DNA of 46,189 bases from an uncultured Acidobacteriota bacterium (lineage in GTDB: Bacteria > Acidobacteriota > HRBIN11): NCBI GenBank assembly GCA_964541595.1, contig CAZIRO010000001.1:1-46189 (forward strand). Direction: 5' to 3'. Both the position numbers and the translations under genes were made by a program. The notes under the pieces are model-generated. The model did no database searches. It was not told the origin of the DNA and saw only the letters and a list, made by a program, of their open reading frames with translations. Below, piece after piece: positions 6,795 through 15,782 of this stretch (its first letter is position 1; every line of letters begins with the position of its first letter).

Positions 6795-7505
6795 TTAACC
6801 CCGAACGGCAGTTGTGACAAAGAAAGACCCCCCTGAAATTTCGGATTGTGGATTGCGAATTTCGGATGTAGAAACCACAGAGGCACGGAGTTCACGGAGA
6901 GAATTCCCTATTCTCCCTTTCCCCGTCTTTCCCTTTCCCCCTTGTCCCCTGTGCCTCCGTGGTTTGTACCTTTGAATGACCACGCCCCAGAAATGCGCAC
7001 CGGCCCAGCGGGACCACAACCACCGGGCGGATACCACACGATACGGTGTTCTGCCGTCGTGAATTTGCCAGGCGTGAATTCGGCCCCTGCGGACAACGGC
7101 CCCTACGAGTACAACATAGTGGTACCGCTGCCAGGGACCTCGCGACAGGTTCAACAGCAGGAGCACCGGTTGACCCCGATACAGGACATTCAGCAAAGCA
7201 TCCGGTCGCGCGGCAGTGTGGGTAAACGGGATACCGTGATCCTGCAGGTATTGCTCGATCTCAAAAGGCAGTACACCTTCCGGCCGGCCGAGGTCTTCAG
7301 GATCGAGTGCAATCCCCGCATAGCGCAGCACAATACGCAGCGACGTCCGTCCGCAGTCGCGATCGGTCTGCTGTGCGATGAACGGTACCTCCAGGCGGAC
7401 GATCGTTGCACCCGGAGGCATTCCCGATCGGCACGCCGACCATCCCGCCATGAGGACGCCGACAGCGATGCGCCACCACGGGGAAAGGAATCGATACCGT
7501 TTCAT
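6795..7505 (-). CDS. Peptidase C39-like (papain-fold) domain protein with signal/anchor helix; C-terminal ~55 aa encoded by repeat DNA
   Basis: VPFIAQQTDRDCGRTSL (Q...C catalytic region) and a YHYVVLVG His region. The start is taken at MKRYRF (ATG 7503-7505). The tail KPRRHRGQGGKGKTGKG...SEIRNPQSEI lies in the heptamer/hairpin repeat at 6834-6965. Confidence 0.7.
   Translation of the reverse strand: MKRYRFLSPWWRIAVGVLMAGWSACRSGMPPGATIVRLEVPFIAQQTDRDCGRTSLRIVLRYAGIALDPEDLGRPEGVLPFEIEQYLQDHGIPFTHTAARPDALLNVLYRGQPVLLLLNLSRGPWQRYHYVVLVGAVVRRGRIHAWQIHDGRTPYRVVSARWLWSRWAGAHFWGVVIQRYKPRRHRGQGGKGKTGKGRIGNSLRELRASVVSTSEIRNPQSEISGGSFFVTTAVRG
6834..6965. repeat. ATTTCGG-type heptamer array plus an adjacent 17-bp-stem hairpin, inside the 3' end of the C39-like ORF
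   Basis: Heptamers ATTTCGG ATTGTGG ATTGCGA ATTTCGG lie at 6837-6864. AAACCACAGAGGCACGG (6872-6888) pairs with CTGTGCCTCCGTGGTTT (6949-6965) with two mismatches, around a pyrimidine-rich 60-nt loop. Confidence 0.65.
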
Positions 7506-7613
7506 CAGGGGTGCACATGACGTTCCCACGGTCAATGGGGGACGACACATGCGTCATTTCCGGAGGCGCCCGTTGCGGACGGCCTCCGGAACACGCGTAT
7601 GGGGGTCAAAACA

Positions 7614-7928
7614 TCAGGTTCCCTCTTCCAGCGGCTGGACCTCCGTGACCTCGTACCCGATATCGGCCAGCGTCTTTTTCACCTGATCGAGCGAAGCCTT
7701 CTCTTCATTGATTTTCAGTTTTACCGTTTTCTTTTCGAGATCAGCGGCGAGGACCTCCACACCGTCAATCGTGCGCAGCGCCTTTTCGACGTTCTTTGCG
7801 CACTTGTCACAGACCATGTTTTTGATCTTCAACTGATATCCCTTGGTGGCCGCCAGCACGGCGCCAGCACCCAACAGGCCGATTACGGCGAGTGCCATCC
7901 AAGCCAGGGCGACTTTCCGCATGGTCAT
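7614..7928 (-). CDS. Exported heavy-metal-associated (HMA) domain protein / metallochaperone
   Basis: Signal peptide MTMRKVALAWMALAVIGLLGAGAVLA. HMA motif NMVCDKC. Strong SD AAGGAGGA upstream. Confidence 0.85.
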   Translation of the reverse strand: MTMRKVALAWMALAVIGLLGAGAVLAATKGYQLKIKNMVCDKCAKNVEKALRTIDGVEVLAADLEKKTVKLKINEEKASLDQVKKTLADIGYEVTEVQPLEEGT

Positions 7929-7964
7929 TCCTCCTTACACACAGAAATTGCCATTCAATATAAT

Positions 7965-7998
7965 GATGTACATCCCACACGAAATGTGATATATATCA
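7965..7998. promoter_or_regulatory. Two perfect palindromes upstream of the HMA gene (candidate metalloregulator operator overlapping an AT-rich -10-like tract)
   Basis: GATGTACATC (7965-7974) and TGATATATATCA (7987-7998) lie 37-70 nt upstream of the start codon. Confidence 0.3.
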
Positions 7999-8074
7999 TG
8001 GCTCTTGACCCGTATCCGACGTGACCGCACGCACCGGCACCTTTCATCATAATACGCCCCTGACTTTCGGATTG

Positions 8075-9439
8075 TCACTCCTGCAAGGACTGGAACCATT
8101 CCTGCATATCTACCAGGGTCCAGTTAACGATCCATTCCACCGTTTCAAGCACATGCACATCGACAGGCTGCGGATCGCTTAAAAGATAGGCCTTCGCGAA
8201 TGCCCGGCGCAATGCGTCATCCAGTGCCGGCGGGGACGGGGCCACGACCTGTCCCCGATGCATGTCCAGCCAGGAATCCAGAATGGGATCTTTCTTTTGA
8301 TCACGCGTAATATCTGCCACCCAATCCACGAACCGTTCCGCGTCGACTGCCGACCGGTACGCGGTCATCAGTGCGTACAGATGTTGCAGGAATATCCATA
8401 CGGCCTTGTGGGACGTGAATGCAAGACGCGGCGTATGCAGGGGGACCGTTTGCCGTTCCAGGACGGACCGAACTTTTTGTATCTCCGGGGACGCTGCACG
8501 CTCCAGTTCAGGTTGCAACAACCGTTCGTAATACGCTCGTAACCGTACGGGCCACTGTTCCTGCGGCGTTTGCTGTACAGCATTTTGAATCCACATGTAC
8601 GCCCGTTCCCGTGCAACCGCCGCATAATAGAGAAAAACCGGCGCATCCCCCAGCCAGAGTTCAACCGGGAAAAACCACTGGTTCTCACGCGCACCGAATA
8701 TCGACAAAGCGATCAGTGCATCTTTCAGGGTTCCGTGTTTCTCGACACCGGTCAGGACGATATGGCGTGCGCCCTCTGGAATCGTTATGGTTAATGCACG
8801 TTCCACCCGCAGATCGGCGAGAGTTTCGATGCAGAACACCATCCAGTCCTGGCGAAACGGCAATGTATAGAACAGAAACCAGTAGTATTTCCCAGTAAAA
8901 GGATAAACCGCATATACGGCGGTATCACTCACCGGCCGGACGTCTTCCGGGGTTTCCGGTAATTCCGGGAGTTCCTGCACCAGTTGCGCGAGTTTTCGCT
9001 GCAACCGATGTTCCGGCATGTGATCGAGATATTGATGCGTCCATACCCGCCATTCTGACGACGTCTGCGCCCACTGGTACAACCATCGCAACACTTCCTC
9101 ATGCTGAAATAGCGATTTCCAGAACGACGCAGGTCGGTCCGTGCGACTCCACTGCCAGAGGATCCACTGCCGCAATCCGGACGGCAACCCCCGCAGGCGA
9201 CGGATCACCTCCCGGTCGATCGTCTGCACGTCTAACAGTGCCCGTGTGGTGCGGTACCACCCGCCGAGTTTCCTGTGCTGTTGCACTACGGGCGTCACCC
9301 GTGCGTCTTCCAGTGCCCAGATGACCGCTGCCACGTGTTTTCCCGTATCCGCGAGCCATTCTTTCAATCGGGCATCGGGGTCCGCGATAGCCCGCCACTG
9401 TTCGATATCCCGCGCCAGTTGAACCATGGACAGCGTCAT
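8075..9439 (-). CDS. Hypothetical Trp-rich protein (454 aa)
   Basis: Long ORF with host-like codon usage. The start is placed at MTLSM because its ATG forms an ATGA overlap (9436-9439) with the stop of the upstream DUF2007 gene. Confidence 0.7.
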   Translation of the reverse strand: MTLSMVQLARDIEQWRAIADPDARLKEWLADTGKHVAAVIWALEDARVTPVVQQHRKLGGWYRTTRALLDVQTIDREVIRRLRGLPSGLRQWILWQWSRTDRPASFWKSLFQHEEVLRWLYQWAQTSSEWRVWTHQYLDHMPEHRLQRKLAQLVQELPELPETPEDVRPVSDTAVYAVYPFTGKYYWFLFYTLPFRQDWMVFCIETLADLRVERALTITIPEGARHIVLTGVEKHGTLKDALIALSIFGARENQWFFPVELWLGDAPVFLYYAAVARERAYMWIQNAVQQTPQEQWPVRLRAYYERLLQPELERAASPEIQKVRSVLERQTVPLHTPRLAFTSHKAVWIFLQHLYALMTAYRSAVDAERFVDWVADITRDQKKDPILDSWLDMHRGQVVAPSPPALDDALRRAFAKAYLLSDPQPVDVHVLETVEWIVNWTLVDMQEWFQSLQE

Positions 9440-9702
9440 GACGACTGCTCCGAGGACCATACGATTTCCAACCACGGACGGCGGTTGCGGTGGGCTTCCA
9501 GGAGGCTCCTGGCTTCCGCCCATTCGTGGTCCATGACTTCTACCCGGTACCAGTCACTGCCGTCCATCCGAAACGGAAACACCCGATACGGTGTGGGCGC
9601 GTCCACGCGACAGGTAAATCCGTATTGTTGCAGGAGTTGACACACGATCATGGCTTCGATCCAGGATCCGGTGGACAATACCCGTTTCCACCGCATGGCC
9701 AT
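9436..9702 (-). CDS. DUF2007-like small protein (putative signal-transducing fold)
   Basis: W..V...SWIEAMIVCQLLQQYGF pattern. Its ATG (9700-9702) shares one base with the pheT TGA stop (9702-9704). An alternative GTG start is at 9705. Confidence 0.55.
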   Translation of the reverse strand: MAMRWKRVLSTGSWIEAMIVCQLLQQYGFTCRVDAPTPYRVFPFRMDGSDWYRVEVMDHEWAEARSLLEAHRNRRPWLEIVWSSEQSS

Positions 9703-11771
9703 CACCCGGTAGTCGATTCAGTACGCAGCCGCGCGCCCACTGTACGTTCCAGATGGGCAACGACACGCGCGACGCGTTGCTCGATTTCTTCAGCGGACCG
9801 ATGGGCGGTCGGCGCGAAGATCAGCCGAAGAGTATAACTCCACATGTCAGCCGGAATCTGCGGACCGCCATAGCGATCCACCAGTTGCCAATCCGTGAGT
9901 TCCTCCACCTGAAGTGCAGCCATCGCCTGCGCCATTGCATGAAACGGAACGTCTTTCCGAACCAGTACCGCAATGTCACGTACGATGACGGGCAGCGGCG
10001 ACCACGGTCGGAACTCGGGCCATGGTAGTGTCAGGGTGATCAGGCGGGACCAGTCGATCTCGGCGAGAAATACGGGCGCCCGCAGTTCATAAACTTCTGT
10101 CCATTTCGGATGAAACCGTCCGATCCATCCGACGGGCGTATCATTACAACGAATCTCTGCCTGCTGGTGGGGATGCAAAAACGGAAACGCACTCGGATGG
10201 AACTCCGGCACAGGCCATCCCATTTGAACGAAAAACGTTGCAACGAGTCCTTTGATATCGTAAAAATCGACCGGTCGCGATTTCCGGGACCAATCCGGCA
10301 TTCCCGGTATGTCACCACTGCATGCCATTCCCAGATGCCGCGCTTCCCGGGGACCCTCTTCGGCTGGCATGAACACCTGGCCGATCTCCCACAACCGTAC
10401 GTGAATATTCCCATGCCGATGGTTCCACTGCACCGCTTCGATCAGACCCATCGCGATCCACCGCCGCAGATCCGTGCGTCGGTCGGACAGCGGATTGGCC
10501 AGTTGTACGGGGTCGGTAACATGGAACACTTCCCGGACGGATTCCGGATAAAACGATGTGGACACGGTTTCCATCAATCCCAGTCCCTGCAATACCGACC
10601 GTGCGAGCCGTTCCAGATGAAACCCGGGATAATCCGCCTGCACCCGATGCGTCACTGGCGGGAGGGTCAACGGTACTGACTCATACCCGACGTGACGGGC
10701 GACCTCTTCGATGAGATCCATTTCTTCCCGGACATCTCCACGGAACGTCGGGGGTGTGACGTCCCATACGGGGGTATCCGTTTCTGGACGGCGCATCACA
10801 GAAAACCCCAGCGCGTTCAGCCTCCGTTCCACCCATTCGGGATCGACCGTATGTCCGAGCACATGCTGAATACGTTTCCAGCGCAGCCGGATCGTTGTAC
10901 GCGTATCCTTCCAGTAGTTCACGTCCAGACGGCCAGCAAGTACCGTACCGCCGGCAATCACCTGCATGAGATGCGCCGCATGGTCGGCCGCGCGGTCAAC
11001 CATCCCCGGATCGACCCCGCGTTCGAATCGGTAACTCGATTCCGTCTGCACACCCAGTTGCCGACGAGACCGCCGCACCGCGCGCGGCACGAAATACGCA
11101 CTCTCGATCAGGACATTGCGCGTATCCGGATGGATCGACGCGTCGACACCGCCGATGACCCCCGCTATTGCAATCGGTCGGTCTCGATCCGCAATCACCA
11201 GGACCGATTCATCCAGTGAATACGTGACATCGTCCAGTGCACATATGGACTCCCCCGGACGCGCACGACGCACAATGATTTCCCGACCGCGCAACCGGTC
11301 GAGATCAAACGCATGTAACGGCTGGCCGTACGCCAGCATGACATAGTTCGTGATATCCACGAGATTATTCACGGGATGAATGCCGACGGATTCCAGTCGG
11401 TCCTTCATCCAGTCCGGCGATTCTCCCACCCGCACGCCCATGACGATACGCGCGATATACCGCAGACAACCGTCCGTGGCCTCAATCGTGATACGCACCC
11501 CGGAGGAAGTCGCTTCTTCTGTGGACTCTTCCGGTCGGTGCAATCGGTCCTGCACTGGACGACCGAGCCAGGCGGCGAGTTCCCGGGCCACGCCCAGATG
11601 GCTCAAACAATCCGGTCGGTTGACTGTCACCTCGAGGTCCAGGACGTGGTCGGTACCCCACGGTTCGATGTCCTCAACACCGAGCCCGAGATAGGTCAAT
11701 ATGTCCACAAGTGTGTCCAGATCTTCAGCCACGGACACATAGTCGCGTAACCAGGACAGCCGTACCCGCAT
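9702..11771 (-). CDS. pheT: Phenylalanine--tRNA ligase beta subunit, short form lacking the B2 tRNA-binding OB domain (689 aa)
   Basis: MRVRLSWLRDYV N-terminus, a B3_4 region (ITNYVMLAYGQPLHAFD), B5 and a C-terminal FDX-ACB-like region. The start is at ATG 11769-11771, not at the 838-aa ORF start. Confidence 0.93.
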   Translation of the reverse strand: MRVRLSWLRDYVSVAEDLDTLVDILTYLGLGVEDIEPWGTDHVLDLEVTVNRPDCLSHLGVARELAAWLGRPVQDRLHRPEESTEEATSSGVRITIEATDGCLRYIARIVMGVRVGESPDWMKDRLESVGIHPVNNLVDITNYVMLAYGQPLHAFDLDRLRGREIIVRRARPGESICALDDVTYSLDESVLVIADRDRPIAIAGVIGGVDASIHPDTRNVLIESAYFVPRAVRRSRRQLGVQTESSYRFERGVDPGMVDRAADHAAHLMQVIAGGTVLAGRLDVNYWKDTRTTIRLRWKRIQHVLGHTVDPEWVERRLNALGFSVMRRPETDTPVWDVTPPTFRGDVREEMDLIEEVARHVGYESVPLTLPPVTHRVQADYPGFHLERLARSVLQGLGLMETVSTSFYPESVREVFHVTDPVQLANPLSDRRTDLRRWIAMGLIEAVQWNHRHGNIHVRLWEIGQVFMPAEEGPREARHLGMACSGDIPGMPDWSRKSRPVDFYDIKGLVATFFVQMGWPVPEFHPSAFPFLHPHQQAEIRCNDTPVGWIGRFHPKWTEVYELRAPVFLAEIDWSRLITLTLPWPEFRPWSPLPVIVRDIAVLVRKDVPFHAMAQAMAALQVEELTDWQLVDRYGGPQIPADMWSYTLRLIFAPTAHRSAEEIEQRVARVVAHLERTVGARLRTESTTG

Positions 11772-11836
11772 CGGTATATCGTTCTCCCCCCATGCATTGT
11801 GACACTTATTCTGGTGATATCCAGGGGATTTGCAAG

Positions 11837-11864
11837 TTGAATGAATCCCGTACACGATTAAAAT
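11837..11864 (+). promoter_or_regulatory. Candidate sigma70-type promoter for the 11901 gene
   Basis: TTGAAT (11837-11842), a 16-nt spacer, then TAAAAT (11859-11864), about 37 nt upstream of the ATG. Confidence 0.35.
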
Positions 11865-11900
11865 AGGTGGAGAACTCCCCAAACATGCGAGGCAACCCGT

Positions 11901-12629
11901 ATGCTCACCGGATTCAATACGGATGTGAAATATAACGGTAAAGTTTACCACGTACAGACGGAAGATAAGGGAACCGCGAATCCGGTGATCGAAACCCTCA
12001 TTTATCTTGGTGGCGAGATCATCGAAGCCCGCCGTACGAGTTATCGCGATCTTCTGGAAAAAGAAGGGTTCCGTCCCCAGATGGTACAGAAACTGATGGA
12101 AAAACAGCACCGTACGGCCATCGCGGATATCCGCAACGGCCGCTTTGAGCACCTGCACGCGGCACTGGAAAAACGCGAAACCCATCCCGGCGTGGACCAG
12201 GCGTCGACCCTGATGCATACGGATCCCGGACGGTCACTGGACGAAATCATCCTGGAATACCTCAAAGCCCAGGCACAAAAAGACGCGCTTCAGATCGTAA
12301 TACCCAAAGATATTGTCTTTCAGGAAGGGATGAATATCGATTTTTCCATTCGGGTCCAGCGGGAACAGTCCGGCCAACCGGTCGCGGGTGCAACCATAGA
12401 GATATACATCATCAGTACGGTACGTCCGAAGACGCGCATCTGGAAAGGTACCACGGACAAGTCCGGTATCGCGCACGTGAAACGTCTGCAATTGCCCGTA
12501 TTTATCGACGGTATGGGTGCCATGGTGATCCAGGCGTTCTACGAAGATCTCTCGGCGGAGGATCGACATTTGTTACTGAAACCGCCAAAAAAGGGCAAAC
12601 GGACGAACACGTCATCCACGCGGGAATAA
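11901..12629 (+). CDS. Conserved hypothetical protein (N-terminal TDV.Y.G..YHVQTEDKG motif; C-terminal prealbumin/CarboxypepD_reg-like beta domain)
   Basis: MLTGFNTDVKYNGKVYHVQTEDKGTANPVIETLIYLGG resembles a conserved uncharacterised N-terminal domain I recall from deltaproteobacterial genomes. GATIEIYIIS...KGTTDKSGIAHV resembles Ig-like regulatory domains. Confidence 0.7.
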   Translation: MLTGFNTDVKYNGKVYHVQTEDKGTANPVIETLIYLGGEIIEARRTSYRDLLEKEGFRPQMVQKLMEKQHRTAIADIRNGRFEHLHAALEKRETHPGVDQASTLMHTDPGRSLDEIILEYLKAQAQKDALQIVIPKDIVFQEGMNIDFSIRVQREQSGQPVAGATIEIYIISTVRPKTRIWKGTTDKSGIAHVKRLQLPVFIDGMGAMVIQAFYEDLSAEDRHLLLKPPKKGKRTNTSSTRE

Positions 12630-12645
12630 TACCCGGGATATCGAT

Positions 12646-12813
12646 GATTTCGGACTTCGGATTTCGAATTTCGGATTGAATCAAGGGCCATGAAAACGGT
12701 GGTATGGGTCATTTATTTCCCTGGTGCCACACGCGTATGACGGCCATCGCCGTTCCTCCGAGATCCCGTACTATACTATTTAAAATCCGAAATTCGAAAT
12801 CCAAAATCCAAAA
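12646..12813. repeat. Inverted pair of TTTCGGA-type heptamer arrays flanking a ~100-nt spacer
   Basis: The left arm is ATTTCGG ACTTCGG ATTTCGA ATTTCGG ATTG (12647-12678). The right arm is AATCCGA AATTCGA AATCCAA AATCCAA AAT (12784-12814). GGATTTCGAATTTCGGATT pairs perfectly over 19 nt. The right arm ends on the HEAT gene start codon. Confidence 0.75.
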
Positions 12814-13907
12814 TGACTTCACGTCCCACGGACCCTTTCAGTAGGAGCGCCTCCGTGACCGGTCAGGATCTGACGAACCGCATTCGGGCGTTTCACCGTG
12901 CATCGAGTATAACTACCCGTGTGCGGATATTACGTTCCCTTGCCGTTGAACCGGCACCGGAGGTCGATCAATTGCTCATTCAGGCGTTGCGGGATCCCTC
13001 CGCCAAGGTTCGACACACCGCGTTGCAACTCCTGGACCGCCGCGGGTTTCGGGATCGTCAGATCACGCTGGCCATGCTCGGCGACGGTTCCAAGGTCGTA
13101 CGTCGACTGGCACTGCGGATGCTACGCGCGTGGCCGGAACCCGAACTGATCCCGAAAGTATTACCCTTCCTGGAGGACGAAGATCTCAGCCTGCGTCTGC
13201 TGGCCATCGACTGGTTGTATTCGCTGGGGCCGCGTGCGCTGCCGTATCTACGGCCACTCGCGCGCGATGCCATGTACAGTGTACGCTCCAAGGTGCAGCA
13301 CTGTATCCGCGATCTGGAAAAACAACAGGCCATTCAGGACGCACTGGTGCAGCCTGCCTCTCCCGAACAGGCGCCATCCGCTGAAAGAGAAACCGCGCCG
13401 ATACCTGCCACTGCATTGTCCTATGACACCGATACCCGATGGCGAGAACCGATACCCCATGTTCGGCGACGGGCGGATACCCTGTGGCAGGAACTGGAAC
13501 AACTCCGCATGACGCAGCCCGATGCCCTGGCGGATCGGTTACAAACACTGCTGGAAGATCCCCGCTGGCCCAACCGCGAACGCGTGATCCGATGGGTCCA
13601 GCAACAACCGGATTTTCCTACACGGGTGATGTACGAATTGCTCGCGCACCCGATCTGGTATGTACGCGCTGCCGTGATCGAAATTCTGGGCCACTTTCAG
13701 GATCCGGTCCTGCTGGAGTATGCATTCGATCTGGCCCGGGACCGTAACGTTGAGGTACGCAGAGCACTTACCGATGCCATGTTGCGTTACGGAGAATCCG
13801 AAGACGCCCGTATGGTCCTGGAAAAACTCGCGCGGGACCCGCATTTCATGATCCGCCGACGCGCCCGGGAACACCTGAGTCAACTGCGGAACCGGAAAGA
13901 AGAATGA
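12813..13907 (+). CDS. HEAT-repeat protein
   Basis: Repeated ...D.S..VR..A...L... units (DPSAKVRHTALQLL, DGSKVVRRLALRML, DEDLSLRLLAIDWL, HPIWYVRAAVIEIL, DRNVEVRRALTDAM). Confidence 0.8.
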   Translation: MTSRPTDPFSRSASVTGQDLTNRIRAFHRASSITTRVRILRSLAVEPAPEVDQLLIQALRDPSAKVRHTALQLLDRRGFRDRQITLAMLGDGSKVVRRLALRMLRAWPEPELIPKVLPFLEDEDLSLRLLAIDWLYSLGPRALPYLRPLARDAMYSVRSKVQHCIRDLEKQQAIQDALVQPASPEQAPSAERETAPIPATALSYDTDTRWREPIPHVRRRADTLWQELEQLRMTQPDALADRLQTLLEDPRWPNRERVIRWVQQQPDFPTRVMYELLAHPIWYVRAAVIEILGHFQDPVLLEYAFDLARDRNVEVRRALTDAMLRYGESEDARMVLEKLARDPHFMIRRRAREHLSQLRNRKEE

Positions 13908-13952
13908 TCACCCCGGAAACACGGGGCGAATCCCACCAATTCGTCAATTCCT

Positions 13953-15161
13953 TCATACGCCGGACAACATGTGTCCGAGTTTGCGTTTCTTGGCCTGCAA
14001 GTATCGACGGTTCACCGCATTCGGCTGGATCTCAATGGGCACCCGTTCCACGATCTCCAGTCCGTATCCGTCCAGGGCGATGAACTTCGTGGGGTTGTTC
14101 GTCATCAACCGCATTTTCTTCACACCGAGACAACGCAAAATCTGCGCGCCGATACCGTAATCGCGGTGATCCGGTTTGAATCCCAGCGATCGGTTCGCTT
14201 CGACGGTATCCAGTCCCTGTCGGTCCTGTAATTCGTACGCGCGCAACTTGTTGAGCAAACCGATACCCCGGCCTTCATGGTTCATAATGTATAACAGCAC
14301 ACCCTCATCGGCCTCGGCGATCATTTCCAACGCGCGGTGCAACTGCTGTCCGCAATCGCACCGCATGGAATGGAACACGTCGCCGGTCAAACATTCTGAA
14401 TGGACCCGAACGAGTACCGGTCGTTCCGGAGCGATCTCCCCGCGCACAAGGGCGACGTGATGAGAATGATCGATGATATTTTCAAACGCATACAATCGAA
14501 ACGTCCCGTATGGTGTCGGCAGATCGACCTCAGCGACGACACGGACCAGACATTCCCGCTGCATCCGGTAGCGAATGAGATCGGCGACCGTGATCATCAG
14601 CAACCCGTGTTGTCGCGCGAACTCTTCCAGATCCGGTACCCGTGCCATGGTACCGTCTTCGTTCATGATCTCACAGATCACGCCGGCCGGATACAGCCCG
14701 GCGAGTCGACACAGGTCCACGGCGGCTTCCGTCTGACCCGCACGCTGGAGCACACCCCCCTCGCGTGCACGCAACGGGAATACATGTCCCGGACGTGCGA
14801 GGTCTTCCGGTTTCGTCCGCGGGTCGATCGCCGTCAGGATCGTCGTGGCACGGTCATACGCGGAAATGCCCGTCGTGACCTTATTCTTGGCCTCGATCGA
14901 CACACAGAACGCGGTGCCATACTGTGACGTGTTGTCCTGCACCATCAGGGGGATTTTCAGTTCATCCAATCGTTTCGGTTCCATTGCCAGACAGATCAGT
15001 CCACGCCCGTATTTGGCCATGAAGTTAATCGCTTCCGGCGTCACCTTTTCCGCTGCGATCATCAGATCGCCTTCATTTTCACGGTCCGCATCATCGACGA
15101 TGATGATCATTCGACCCGCACGCAGGGCTTCAATCGCTGCCTCGATGGTCGCGAAGGGCAT
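13953..15161 (-). CDS. ribBA: Bifunctional 3,4-dihydroxy-2-butanone-4-phosphate synthase / GTP cyclohydrolase II
   Basis: DRENEGDL and [26 protein letters not shown] (DHBPS). [21 protein letters not shown] and NHEGRGIGL (GCH II). Confidence 0.95.
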   Translation of the reverse strand: MPFATIEAAIEALRAGRMIIIVDDADRENEGDLMIAAEKVTPEAINFMAKYGRGLICLAMEPKRLDELKIPLMVQDNTSQYGTAFCVSIEAKNKVTTGISAYDRATTILTAIDPRTKPEDLARPGHVFPLRAREGGVLQRAGQTEAAVDLCRLAGLYPAGVICEIMNEDGTMARVPDLEEFARQHGLLMITVADLIRYRMQRECLVRVVAEVDLPTPYGTFRLYAFENIIDHSHHVALVRGEIAPERPVLVRVHSECLTGDVFHSMRCDCGQQLHRALEMIAEADEGVLLYIMNHEGRGIGLLNKLRAYELQDRQGLDTVEANRSLGFKPDHRDYGIGAQILRCLGVKKMRLMTNNPTKFIALDGYGLEIVERVPIEIQPNAVNRRYLQAKKRKLGHMLSGV

Positions 15162-15777
15162 GTGCCACTCCTTGGAGAAACTCCAGGTAGGGTTGAACTA
15201 AAACATAGATGTATTTCCCGAGGATATCAAGTTCCACATTCACGGTATCGCCGACGTCCAGGTCACCGAGATTCGTATGCGCGAGTGTAAACGGAATCAG
15301 GCTGACGCGAAACGTATCCCTCGAGACACCCGCAACCGTCAGGGACACGCCGTTGATGGCGATACTGCCCTTCTCGACCACGAGCGGACGCCATTCCGCC
15401 GGTAACCGGTACACATGGTCCACATTTGCAGGACCCGTATACTTTTCCAGCAGTACCGTGGTCCCATCGACGTGTCCCTGCACCCAGTGTCCGCCCAGGG
15501 GCTGACTCGCCCGCAATGGCAGTTCGATGTTCACACGCCGACCGGGATACCAGGTTCCCACCGTGGTCCGCCGTTGCGTTTCCGGAACGACGTCCACCGT
15601 AATCATGCGGCCACGTCGTTGCGTAACGGTGAGACAGATCCCATCGAGGGCAATGGAATCGCCTTTCCGCAGCGATCGAGCAACCGTCTGCGGTAATGCT
15701 ATCCGCAACCGCAGGTTGCCTTCAGTATCCCTGCGTTCAACGACCGTACCACAACCGATCACGATGCCGGTGAACAT
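15130..15777 (-). CDS. ribE: Riboflavin synthase (alpha chain)
   Basis: MFTGIV..G.V start and duplicated lumazine-binding repeats ([11 protein letters not shown] / [11 protein letters not shown]). It overlaps ribBA by 32 nt. Confidence 0.92.
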   Translation of the reverse strand: MFTGIVIGCGTVVERRDTEGNLRLRIALPQTVARSLRKGDSIALDGICLTVTQRRGRMITVDVVPETQRRTTVGTWYPGRRVNIELPLRASQPLGGHWVQGHVDGTTVLLEKYTGPANVDHVYRLPAEWRPLVVEKGSIAINGVSLTVAGVSRDTFRVSLIPFTLAHTNLGDLDVGDTVNVELDILGKYIYVLVQPYLEFLQGVAHALRDHRGSD

Positions 15778-15782
15778 ATGGC

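Noticed and set aside
11772-12218. N-terminal 149-aa extension of pheT (838-aa ORF), and similar extensions of apt (to 6708), the C39-like gene (to 7550), the OMP gene (to 29741), the ParB-like gene (to 37180) and coxII (to 46092)
   Set aside because: The homology-defined N-termini (for example MRVRLSWLRDYV), SD motifs or ATGA couplings sit at internal starts. The extensions overlap neighbouring genes or promoters.
13910-13925. Bidirectional terminator between the convergent HEAT and ribBA genes
   Set aside because: There is only a 5-bp stem (CCCCG/CGGGG) with no U-tract on either strand, which is too weak to call.
15778-15782. FMN (RFN) riboswitch upstream of ribE-ribBA
   Set aside because: Only 5 nt separate ribE from the upstream TPR gene, and I saw no RFN-like conserved core anywhere in the window.
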